Positions 40,201-52,559 of a stretch of DNA of 64,000 nt are shown in pieces. Made by a program: the position numbers and the translations under genes. Below the pieces are notes generated by a model that worked only from the letters and a program-made list of their open reading frames with translations, searched no databases and was not told the DNA's origin. Position 1 is the first letter of the stretch. Each line of letters starts with the position of its first letter. The stretch is from Octopus sinensis (lineage: Eukaryota), in contig NC_043001.1 in assembly GCF_006345805.1 (NCBI RefSeq), forward strand, positions 63,240,001 through 63,304,000, written 5' to 3'.

Positions 40201-40676
40201 TTTTCTTTTCTTTAGCTCTTCCAGTCCTTCTTTTAGTTCTTCTTCCTCCCTCTACCTCTTCACCGGGTTCTCCGTCTCCATGGCCCTTGCTGCCGGTTGG
40301 AGAACTTGCACCTGGGTTCACTTCCCGGGCAGGTTTCTCATTCAAAACCTCCTCCTGGGCGTCCACCAGGTGGGGTGGGGTGACTTCTTTCATCGTCTCC
40401 ATTCTTGCCATCTCTTGCCCGCTCGTTCTCAAAGATGGCATCAAGTGCGCCAATGTGCACCGTACAAGCGCATATGAGCGCACGAATTCCTGTCTCTTTC
40501 GCTCCATCTGAGCCGCTGTTTCTTGTAGCCCTGCTCTTCAGCGCAGCTGCAATCACCTCGCTAGGGCTATCTCCACCGGCGCACTCCCATGCTCCCATGA
40601 ATAAATCCAGCTCGTCACGTCTCCATGCTCTGGACATGCTGGATAATCCGTCTATCCGTTTTATCTATCTAATTAT
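37280..40676 (-). mobile_element. CR1/L2-group LINE copy A (ORF1, endonuclease, RT; frameshifted; contains an N gap)
   Basis: ILLLNIRGL, MGDFNLP, NYRPISLTSH, IYLDFAKAFDKVDHG, LGPLLF, YADD and GFRGPQLF..LP. Confidence 0.88.
37558..37637. other. Assembly gap (run of N)
   Basis: 80 N bases. Confidence 0.99.
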
Positions 40677-40749
40677 GTTCGAGAGAAGACAGAGGAAGAT
40701 ATTAAGGTAATTAGAAGATAGAGTACTTGAAAAAGAAATATTACAATAT

Positions 40750-41660
40750 TAAAGTTTGTGTAAAAACGTTATTTGGGTAAAAACGTTATTTAATATCTAA
40801 TTAGGAATTAGGAGATAGAGTATCTGAAAATATATTAGCAATATTAATATTTATTAGAGTGTGGGTTAAAAAAACGTTATTTAATCTTAAGGCTAATTAG
40901 GAGACAGAGTATCTGAAATATATTAGCAATATATAATATTATATTAGAGTGTGGGTACAAAAAAACGTTATTTAATCTTAAGGCTAATTAGGAGATAGAG
41001 TATCTGAAAATATATTAGCAATATTTAATATTATATTAGAGTCTGGGGGTAAATTAAACGTTATTTAATTTAATCTTAAGGCTATTAGAAGACAGAGTAT
41101 CTGAAAAATTATCTATACAATATTAAGCAATATAACCGTTATTTAATTAATCTTAAGGCTAATTAGATGTTATTAATATTAAACGTTATTTAATTTAATC
41201 TTAAGGCTAATTAACAATAATTATTAACAATATTAAACAATATTAAACGTTATTTAATTAATCCTAAGGCTAATTAACAATAATATTAACAATATTAAAA
41301 CAATATAAACGTTATTTAATTATTTCTTAAGGCTAATTAACAGTAATTATTAACAATATTAAACGTTATTTAATTTAATCCTAAGGCTAATTAGACATTA
41401 TTAATATTAAACGTTATTTAATTTAATCTTAAGGCTAATTAGAAGATAGAGTATCTGAAAAAATTATAACAATATTAAAACAATATTAAACATTATTTAA
41501 TTTAATCTTAAGGCTAATTAACAATAATTATTAACAATATTAAACAATATTAAACGTTATTTAATTTAATCCTAAGGCTAATTTGACGGTATCAATATTA
41601 AACGTTATTTATTTAATCTTAAGGCTAATTAGAAGATAGAGTATCTGGAAAATTATTATA
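40750..41660. repeat. Modular AT-rich minisatellite upstream of LINE copy A
   Basis: About 14 copies of aaacgttatttaat(ttaat)cttaaggctaatta with optional modules gatagagtatctgaaa and caatattaa. Confidence 0.9.
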
Positions 41661-42099
41661 TCGAGAACAGTTATTGAAAATGTAAACAAACCAAAATGAC
41701 GATCGCAACTTTAACTAAGATGTGGGCCTAAGTGAAAGATAAATAGAATAATAAATAAAATATGAAATAGATGAAATTGATACTTAATCCAACAATGTGG
41801 TCTGGATTATTTTTTTTGGTTTACGGGATTTTTTTTCAGGAGAGATGCTTTTTTTTCTTTCTTGCAGGAGATAACTTGATTCAGTTATTTTTGCACCATG
41901 TGCGTTTCGGCGAAAATGAAAATTACTGGTATATGTAGATATTTATATATATATTTTTAAAAATATTTTTTTAACCAAAGTGTTTGTAGTGATCTCTATG
42001 ACTTAGAGTTTTACGTTTTGCAACTACAGTGGGTTATTTCGCCGTTCTATGCAGATTTTTCACAGAGCAAAGGCAATCACGTCTTTCTCTGCTGAAAAC

Positions 42100-42115
42100 G
42101 GAATATATATATATG

Positions 42116-42162
<47 letters not shown>

Positions 42163-42178
42163 GTATTATATATATATG

Positions 42179-42225
<47 letters not shown>

Positions 42226-42454
42226 GTATATATATATATGTGTATATATATATGTGTATATATATATATATATATATAGTATATATATATGTATATATAT
42301 ATGTATATATTATATATGTATATATATATGTAATATATATATGTATATATAGATATGTATATATTATGTATATATTATGTATATAATATGTATGTATATA
42401 TAATGTATATATGTATATATATGTATATATATCGACGTATATATATATGTTCGA

Positions 42455-42485
<31 letters not shown>

Positions 42486-43219
42486 GTGTATATATATATG
42501 ATATATATATGTATCTGTTATTATATGTATATATATATGTATATATATATGTATATAATGTTATATATATGTATATATATATATGTTATATATATTCTGT
42601 ATATATATATATATGTATATATCTATTATATATATACGGTTATATATATACGTATATATATATATGTATATATATATGTATATATATATACGTATATAAT
42701 ATATGTATATATATATACGTATATATATAATGTATAATATATGTATATATATATAGTTATATATATATGTATATATATTATGTTATTAATATGTATATTA
42801 TATAGGTAATATATATATCTATGTTATATATGTATATAATATATGTATATATATATATGTATATATATATGTATATATATATGTATATATATATGTATAT
42901 ATAGATATATGTATATATATATATATGTATAAATATATATGTATATATGTATATATATATACATATGCTATATATTATATGTATATATATGTATATATAT
43001 ATGTATATGTATATATATATGTATATATATATATATATATGTATATGTATATGTATATATATATTTATGTATATACTATATATGTATATATATAATATAT
43101 GTATATATATATATGTAATATATATATCTATATGTATATATATATGTATATATATGTATATATATATATGTATATATATATGTATATATATGTATATATA
43201 TTATATATATATATAGATG

Positions 43220-43252
<33 letters not shown>

Positions 43253-43253
43253 G

Positions 43254-43293
<40 letters not shown>

Positions 43294-43604
43294 GATATAT
43301 ATATATGTATATATGGATATATAAATATAATATATATGTATATATGATATATATATATATATGTATATGTTAATATATCTATATGTATATAGGATATATA
43401 TATATATATGGATATGTATATATAATAGATTATATATATATATATATGTATATATGTATATATATTATGTATATGTATATATAATATATATATAATATGT
43501 AGATATGTATATATATTATATGTATATAGTATATATATTCTCATAGATATATATAGATATATATATATATATATATATATGTAGTATATATATATATCTA
43601 TATA

Positions 43605-43638
<34 letters not shown>

Positions 43639-43822
43639 ATAATATATAATGTATAGATAATATATGTATATAATTATATATATATTGTCTATATATATTA
43701 TATAGATATATATATATAATATATATATGGAGAATATATTATAGATATATATATATATTATATATATATGATATATGTATTATATATTATGTATATATAA
43801 TATATGTATAATATATATATGA

Positions 43823-43859
<37 letters not shown>

Positions 43860-44982
43860 TGTATATATATATATGTATAATATAGATGTATATATATATG
43901 ATATATATATATATGTATATATATATATGTATATATATATATGTATATATATATATGTTATATATATATTGTATATATATATAGGTAGATATATATATGT
44001 ATATATATATGTATATATGTATATATTATATATATGTATATATATATATGTATAATATATGTATATAGGTATGTATATATATATGTATATATATATATAT
44101 ATATGTATATATCTATATGTATATAATATAGTATAATATATAATATAATGTATATATATATATGATATATATGTGTATTAATATATGTATAATATGTATA
44201 TATATATGTTATATATGTGTATATATGATGTTATATATGTGTATATATGTGTATGTATATGTATATATGTGTATATATATATGTATATATATGTAATGTA
44301 TATGTATATATATGTGTAGATGTATATGGTATTATATATGTCGATGTATATATAATATATATGTATATGTATGTATATATATGTATATGTATATGTATAT
44401 GATATGTATATATGTATATGTATATGTATATATATATGTATATATGTATAATATATGTATAGGTATATGTATATATATGTGTATATATATGTATATGTGT
44501 ATATATATGTATATATAATGTATGTATATGTATATGTATATATGTTATATATATTGTATATATATGTATATGTGTATATATATGTATATATATATGTATG
44601 ATAGTATATGTATATGTATATATATATGTATGTATATATATTGTAATATAGTATATATATATATATATGTATATATATGTATATATATGATATATAAATG
44701 TATATATATATGTATATTATATATATGTATATGTATATATATATGTAATATATAGTATATATATTTATATTAATGTATATATATATGATATATATATGTA
44801 TATGTATATGTATATATATATGTATATATGTATATATGTATATGTATATGTATATATATATGTAATGTATATGTATATATATATGTATATGTTATGTATA
44901 TATATATGTATATATATGATAGTATATGAATATATATATGTATATGTAATGTATATATATATGTATATATATGTATATGTTG

Positions 44983-45013
<31 letters not shown>

Positions 45014-45043
45014 GTATATATATATATATATGTATATATATAT
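42100..45043. repeat. About 3 kb of degenerate (TA)n/(TATG)n low-complexity sequence
   Basis: Directly visible. Similar tracts at about 46960-47265 and 51930-52120. Confidence 0.97.
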
Positions 45044-45785
45044 TTCTTCTTCTGCCGCCTACAACTCATCTCCCAATTCTCTCTCTCGCTATGTGGTTGT
45101 CGGTTCTCCCTCTGTTTTCATTGTCTCTCTCTCTCTTCCTCTCTCTCTCGGTATATATCTCACCTTCCTCGCTCAGCAGGATGAACAAAAACATCAGCTA
45201 AGTTCCCGACCTGTTCTCTTTTCATTGTGTTTGCAAGCCGTAGTATTATTGTATCCCATACTAATAGCGTTATCGTTGTCTTTCGTCTCAAATGCTAGCT
45301 GAAGCATAAAAACTTTCACTAACAAAAACTTATTCACACCACCGCAAAGATTTCATCTCAACCTGTCTTCTTTCTGCCGCCTAAAATCATCTCCCAATTC
45401 TCTCTCTCGCTATTGTGGTGTCGGTTCTCCCTCTGTTTTTCAATGTCTCTCTCTCTCTCTCCTCTCTCTATCTCTCTTTCTCTCTCTCTCTCGGTATATC
45501 TCACCTCACCTCGCTCCGCAGGATGGAAAAAACATCAGCTAAGTTCCCGACCTGTTTCCTCTTTTCATTGTTTTTGCAAGCCTTTTAGTATTGTATCCCC
45601 ATCTAATAGCGTTATCGTGTGTCTTCGTCTCAAATGCTAGCTGAAGCATAAAAACTTTCACTCCAAAAACTTATTCACACCACCGCCAAGCATTTCATCT
45701 CAACCCTGTCTTCTTCTGCCGCCTAAAACCTCATCTCCCAATTCTCTCTCTCGATATGTGGTGTCGGTTCTCCCCTGTTTTCACT

Positions 45786-45825
<40 letters not shown>

Positions 45826-46132
45826 CTCTCTTCTCGGTATATATCTCACCTTCACGCTCCGCAGGATGAAAAAAACATCAGCTAAGTTCCCGGCCTGTTT
45901 CCTCTTTTCATTGTTTTTGCAAGCCTGATTATTATTGTATCCCCATCTAATAGCGTTATCGTTGTCTTTCGTCTCAAATGCTAGCTGAAGCATAAAAACT
46001 TTCACTCACAAAACTTATTCACACCACCGCAAAGCATTTCATCTCAACCCTGTCTTCTTTCTGCCGCCTAAACCTCATCTCCCAATTCTCTCTCTCGCTA
46101 TGGTGCCGGTTCTTCTCCTCTGTTTTCACTGT

Positions 46133-46194
<62 letters not shown>

Positions 46195-46461
46195 TTCTCT
46201 CTCGGTATATAATCTCACCTTCACTCGCTTCCGCAGGAAGAAAAAAAAACATCAGCTAAGTTCCCGACCTGTTTCCTCTTTTCATTGTTTTTGCAAGCCT
46301 TATTATTATTGTATCCCCATCTAATAGCGTTATCGTTGTCTTTCGTCTCAAATGCTAGCTGAAGCATAAAAACTTTCACTCACAAAAACTTATTCACACC
46401 ACCGCAAAGCATTTCAACTCAACCCGTCTTCTTTCTGCCGCCTAAAACCTCATCTCCCAAT
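45044..46461. repeat. Tandem array of a 320-375 bp unit (4 full copies plus a partial) with internal (CT)n
   Basis: ctgccgcct recurs at about 45052, 45374, 45716, 46061 and 46435. The length difference is mostly the (CT)n tract. Confidence 0.93.
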
Positions 46462-47064
46462 GCGCAGTGCGCCCGCCCTCCAACCCCAACACCAATACCG
46501 GATATCTCTATATTTTGCTCCATCTATACCGGATGTCGCTTCTCCCACCACCATTATAGGTGTCTACTCTTCGAACCCCCTCTTCAATACGCTATTTCAC
46601 CATGCATTACCCCTCTCTCGATATCCTACATTTTACTTGCCTAGAACCTGTCATCATTTCTCTGAACAACCCTCCCCACTGGTGCTCCCCTATATTTCTG
46701 CACCCCCCCCACACACATAAAAAGCACCATCCGAACGTGGCCGATGCCAGACCCCTCTGGCACCTGTGCAGGTGGCACGTAAAAAGCACCCACTACACTC
46801 GCGGAGTGGTTGGCGTTAGGAAGGGCATCCAGCTGTAGAAACACTGCCAGACTAGACTGGAGCCTGGGGCAGTCCCGAGCTCCCAGACCCCGGTCGAAAC
46901 CGTCCAACCGTGCTAGCGCGGAAAACGGACGTTAAACGATGATGATGATGATGATGATGATATATATGTATATATATATATATGTAATATATATATTATA
47001 TATATATATGTATATATGGTAATATATGTATATATGTTATATATATATATGTATATATATATGG

Positions 47065-47100
<36 letters not shown>

Positions 47101-47123
47101 TGTATTATATATATATTGATATG

Positions 47124-47155
<32 letters not shown>

Positions 47156-47229
47156 GATATATATATATATATATGTATGTATTATATATATATATATATA
47201 TGATGTATATATATAATTATATATATATG

Positions 47230-47264
<35 letters not shown>

Positions 47265-47388
47265 GAGTTGAGTATAGAAATTCGGGGTGAGTACTTGATA
47301 ATTATAAGCACTTGTGTATACCGTTTGGTGGTGTAGGTGGTGGAGTAAATTGATCAAAATAAAATAAAAACATGATGCGAAGGATTCA

Positions 47389-47466
47389 GCGGTACATATG
47401 TTTCGGGCCTTTGTTAGACAGATTTATAACAATGCATAATGTATGTCTGTGGCCTTCTTCAGCCGC
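47389..47466 (-). ncRNA. Type I hammerhead ribozyme candidate A
   Basis: Minus strand reads GCGG-CUGAAGA-A-GGCC...GGCC-C-GAAA-CAUAUG-UA-CCGC: stem I of 4 bp, long stem II, short palindromic stem III, GUA cleavage triplet. Confidence 0.7.
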
Positions 47467-48202
47467 GCACAACAGCTTCCACAAGGACATGTGTTACATC
47501 AAAAATTCTTGGTTGGGGATGCAAATCCTCTCATTCACGTACGACATAATGCGGCAGCAGCATAGAATTGAAGCGTCCATCTCTTTCTTCTCTCAATGTA
47601 GAATGAGGAAAATTGGATGTTGAGGTAATGTAAATAAATAAATACATATATAGAGGTGAAGATGGAGGGGCGAGAGTTCGGGACGAGGGATAAAAAATGT
47701 ATAAAAAGTGTAAGTATAGAATAATATAAAAATATAGAGGATAAAGATATAAAGAGTTGTAAGGAGATGTAAAGGGGGTATAAAGAAATATAAATAAATG
47801 TAAAGGCATAAGGTTATAAAGTAAAAATAGAAATAGAAATAAAAAAAACCTGATAAAACCATGATAAAAGTGTAAAAGAATGTAAAGATAAGGGATGTAT
47901 AGAGGTTACGGACCAAGCATGATGGTCAGGAGATTGATAAAATTTAGTTGTTGAATTGTCAGTAAATCACCTATATTGGTTGCTCAACCTCCTGGAAATC
48001 CAGACACTACAACCATCGGTCCTCGCTGAGACACAGACATAAGGCTAACAGCACCTCCCTCTCTAAAAGAATATATATGTAGTATATATATGTAGTATCC
48101 ATATAACCTTCGAAGCTAACTTAAGGCGATGGCCTCATGGAGCTAATAAGCGGACAGCTTTTTTCTTATTTTTATAAGAATGCCATATTAGTATATATAT
48201 AC

Positions 48203-48833
48203 TACATTTAGAAATAAATGTAGCATAATTATAATTAATTAATAAGGGTGAGAGAATTAGATACTAATTTAATAGTATATTCTCTCACCCTTATTAATTA
48301 ATTATAATTATGCTACATTTATTTCTAAATGTATTTGTTTCCGTGAAAGTTTGGCGCGCTGTTGGTAGGGGCATTTGAATTATAACGTCGGATGTAATCA
48401 ATTGAACCACACGTGTATTTATCGTTATGGTAAAATCTGGCGTGTGATTGAGTGGATTTCATCCAGACAGTTTTGGCTGAGGAGCTACAAGTGAGTTTTT
48501 TGTGAGTAAAATTACATTTAATTCATTAATAGCGAAACAATTGTCCCAAAATAATCTGTATTTTTGTTATTTTTATTTGCCCTGTTCGTGTGAGCTAACA
48601 ATCGTACTGACTTTCATGGGAAACATGTATTTTTGTGGTTGAAACCTTTTGGATTTACTAGTGCTAGAGTGAGCCACATAGTGACCACTCTCTTATATTT
48701 ATTTTTGTATAAAATATTATAATATATTATAAAATATTATAATAATCCAGGTTTCTCGGGGCACTGGGCCACTTGGTGTTGAATAGATATACTATTAAAT
48801 TAGTATCTAATTCTCTCACCCTTATTAATTAAT

Positions 48834-48837
<4 letters not shown>
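48203..48837 (+). mobile_element. Non-coding hammerhead-bearing retroelement (retrozyme or Penelope pLTR-like)
   Basis: 531-nt unit at 48279-48809 with 28-nt terminal redundancy (48810-48837). The 5' inverted copy (48203-48280) forms a perfect 55-bp palindrome. Flanked by (TA)n. Confidence 0.72.
48464..48558 (+). ncRNA. Type I hammerhead ribozyme candidate B
   Basis: CAGA..GUUUUGG-CUGAGGA-GCUA...UAGC-GAAA-CAAUUG-UC-CCAAAAU..UCUG: all core nucleotides intact, stems I and II pair, palindromic stem III, GUC triplet at 48543-48545. Confidence 0.88.
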
Positions 48838-48859
<22 letters not shown>

Positions 48860-48864
<5 letters not shown>

Positions 48865-51708
48865 TTTATCTAGTTTCAGCTCACGAGCTGTGGCCATGCT
48901 GGAGCACCGCCATTCGGTGTTGCTACATGATTTTACTTCACGAATGCTTTTTAGCAATTACCATTTGGTGCATGAGAGAGTTCGATGCAGCTGCCCTCAT
49001 CTGCCCCTCCTGCCATGAAGTTGGTTCATCTGGGATACCTGACAGGAAGAGATCCAGTTTTATTTTAAAGACATCTGCATCCACCCCATGCAGGTCTCTC
49101 AGGTCCTTCGGGAGGATATTGAAGAGCTGTGGACCTCTGAAACCCAGGCTATCACAGTAACTTGTCCTACATCTTGATGGCAAATTTGGAGTCCTTGGCA
49201 CTATGCAGTGGCACCCAGTTCTAGTATTTGTGTAATTCTTGATGCCAAAGTTTGGGACAAGTCCCTCCAGGATCTTCCAGATGTATATTATGGTATATCT
49301 TTCTCGCCTACGCACTAAGGAATAGAGTCTTAATCTCTTGAGTCTTTCCCAATAGCTTATATGCTGCACAGAGGCTATCTTCTTCGTGTAGCTTCGTGAT
49401 TAATTTGACAGTGGCTTAGGACAAGTGTCCTCCAGCGGACCATCATGGTTTCCTGGTCTCTTGTTCTAAAGGCTCTAAGAATCCATCCGGTCAGCCGTCT
49501 ACATTTCATTGCCAATTTAGCGACATGCACATGAAAGGTTGCACCATTACTCATGTAAATACCCAGGTCTCGCACTGATTGTGCTTCTGGGATTGCAATC
49601 CCTCCAGGTCCCGTGTATTTATTGGGTATTGCATTGATAGTATAAAGCTTGAAATTTTTCAGCATTGAACTGCATGCTATTCTTTTCAGCCCACTTGTAT
49701 ATTTTGTCCAGCTCACATTGCAGGTGCATAGTGTCTTCAGGGTTCTGTATTATCTGTGAAACATTTGTATCATCTGCATAACTTGTTATCGTGGCTCTCT
49801 GCGTGGCTGAGGGCATGTGTGAGAGGGCCATTATGAACAGTAGTGGTCCCAAAACAGTGTCCTGCAGAACACCGCTCACTATTTGCATGTTAATGGAGGT
49901 GGCCCCATTGGCTACTACCACCTGACTTCTATCCTTCAGAAAGTCATGAAGCCATTCTCCCAATTTTCCAACTATGCCAAGATCACGCAGTTTGTGACAT
50001 ATCATTCCATGATCGACTTTATCAAAGGCCTTTGCAAAGTCGAGATATGTGACTTCCACATTTGAGTGGTTGAGCAGTCGTTTCAGCACCCAGTCATAGT
50101 GTTGTAGGAGCTGAGTTAAGCCGCTTCTTCCTGGTTGGAATCCATGTTGGGTGTCAGGCAGCAAGTCATTTTCCTCAAGGAAGGTGATTAGTTTCCTTCT
50201 GACCTTGCTGATGCGTGAGGTCAGAGTGATAGGTCTGTAATACTTGGCCTCTGCTCTGCTACCTCCTTTGTGAATAGGGCATATTTTACCTTCTTTCAGT
50301 TTTCTTGGAAGTTTGCCAGTTGCAAGGAAGCTCTGACAGAGGAACTGCAGTGGTCTTGCTAGGACTCTCTTACATACTTTTAGAAGGATTGTTGGGAATC
50401 CATCGGGTCCAGTAGCTAAATTTGTTTTCATTTCATCTATAGCCTTTATTACATCATCTTCCTTTATATTGATGTAATCAATCATCGCTGCCTCTGATTT
50501 TATATCTGCAGTGGTAAAGAAGTCAGTTGGATTGCTGACTTGAAAATGCCCTAGGGGTGGCGTGAAAATACTCTTGAATTGCTCATTCAGTATTTCACTT
50601 ACCCTCATTGGATTTCCTGTGAGTGTGCCATCCTTGTCAAGGAGCGGTCCTATCCTACAGTGCATCATAGCTGTTTCTTTGGCATACCTGTAGAGAGCTC
50701 TGGGGTTAGATTTTATGTTGTCTATAGCCTAGGCTTCTTTGTCTGCTCTTTCTTTTTCATGGGAGAGTTGCAGACATTTTACAATTTCCAACAGTTTTAT
50801 TTTCAGGCGGGACTTTTCACTGCTTTCAATTTGTTTGTTTAGGCGATTTGAAACTTCTGTACGCCATGGATAGTCCCATCTGCGAGTTTGAGTTTGATGG
50901 AGCCAGGTTGGCTGCTGTGCAATCTTTTGTGCCATGCACAAAAAAGATTCTTGTTCAGCAGCTGCCCTGTCAATAACATGTTGATGGTATGTAACATGCA
51001 CTACATCTGTGTACCTCCATTTTAGGGCAGGTGGTGCGTAGTCCTTTCCTTTTCCTTTTGGCAGTTTGTTTCTGCCCTGTTTCATGTTTATGTGGCAGGG
51101 TCTTTGGTGTGCAAAATGGTAGTCTGCACCTTCTCCATGCCAGCAGACACCTTTTAGGTAGAATTTACACATCTGTGTGTGCCGTCTCTTTCTATCCTTT
51201 TTTGGTATATGGATAGTCAGGTTTGCTTCTATCCTTGGCTGTTTCATCTTTTGGTTTTGTTTGAGTTTTTCCTCCTTTTACTTCTTTTTTTGCTTTTTCA
51301 TCCACATGGTTTTGGCTTTTGGTGCTGGTAGGGGCACTTGCACTTGGGTTTACTTCCCGGGCAGGTTGTTCACTTGAATCTTCTTTGTTTTCCTGGGTGT
51401 CTACCAAGTGGGGGTGACATCTTTCATCAGCGCCCGTGCCTCCATCCTTGCCATCTTTGCTTTGTTCGTTGTCAAAGATGGCATCAAGCGTGCTGATGTG
51501 GGATCTTATGAGTGTATAGGAGCGTATAAACTCTTGCTTCTTTCGCTCTATCTCTGCCAACGTTCCTGTGTAACCATTGCTCTTCAGCGCAGCTGTAACT
51601 ATGTTGTTCGGATTATCTCCGTCATCACATTGCCAGGCTCTCAAGAACAATGCCATTTCCATGCTCCTCCAGGTTCTGGATATTTTATTTATTTATCTAT
51701 CTAATTAT
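48860..51708 (-). mobile_element. CR1/L2-group LINE copy B (same family as copy A), endonuclease region deleted, 3' tail intact
   Basis: Colinear with copy A. RT ORF 49619-50668, C-terminus 48938-49369. ORF1 has CCCH-like CKFYLKGVCWHGEGADYHFAH. Confidence 0.88.
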
Positions 51709-51984
51709 ATTTAAATTTAATAGTGTGATAGAGGGTAGAGAAGAAATAGAGAAAGAAAGAAAGTGTCTATGTATTTAGAGAGACTGAGATCAGAGAGAAG
51801 ATAAGAAGAGAGTAAGAGAGAGTGAGTGGAGAAAGTTTGCGTCTATATATTTAGAAAGATTGAGAGGCTGAGAGAGGAAAGCTGGTGTGACAGAGAGAAG
51901 TGAAGAGACAGAGAGAAAAAAATGAAAGGGAGGACGTATGTATATATGTATATATATATGTATGTATGTATATATGTATATATG

Positions 51985-52021
<37 letters not shown>

Positions 52022-52084
52022 GTATGTGTGTATATATATATATGTATATATATATATACATGTACATATGTATATAAATGTTTG

Positions 52085-52123
<39 letters not shown>

Positions 52124-52559
52124 GTCATCATCATTTAACGTCCATTTTCCATGCTAGCATGGGTTGGATGGTTCAACTGGGGTCTGGGATGCCAGGAGGC
52201 TGCACCAGGCTCCAGTCTGATCTGGCAGTGTTTCTACAGCCAGATGCCCTTCCTAATGCCAACCACTCTGTGAGTGTAGTGGGCGTTTTTTACGTGCCAC
52301 AGGCATAGGGCCAGGTGTATATATATATACACATTTATACATGTATGTACATACACATTTATACTTATATATATATACACACACATATTCATATATAAAC
52401 ATATAAATTAAATTTGAGATAAAACCACTATTAGGCAAACAGTGAAAAACATGAACCAAAATATAAAAATTAAAATAATATAATTTACAAAATATATAAA
52501 ACATAAAATTTAGAATTTAAATTATTTATATTTAAAATTATTAATTTATATTTATATTT

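Noticed and set aside
42029-45302. Many YI/IY-rich ORFs
   Set aside because: Artefacts of (TA)n low-complexity sequence.
45044-46461. CRISPR-like or hammerhead-retrozyme array
   Set aside because: Whole units repeat with no unique spacers, the context is eukaryotic, and no CUGANGA core was found on either strand.
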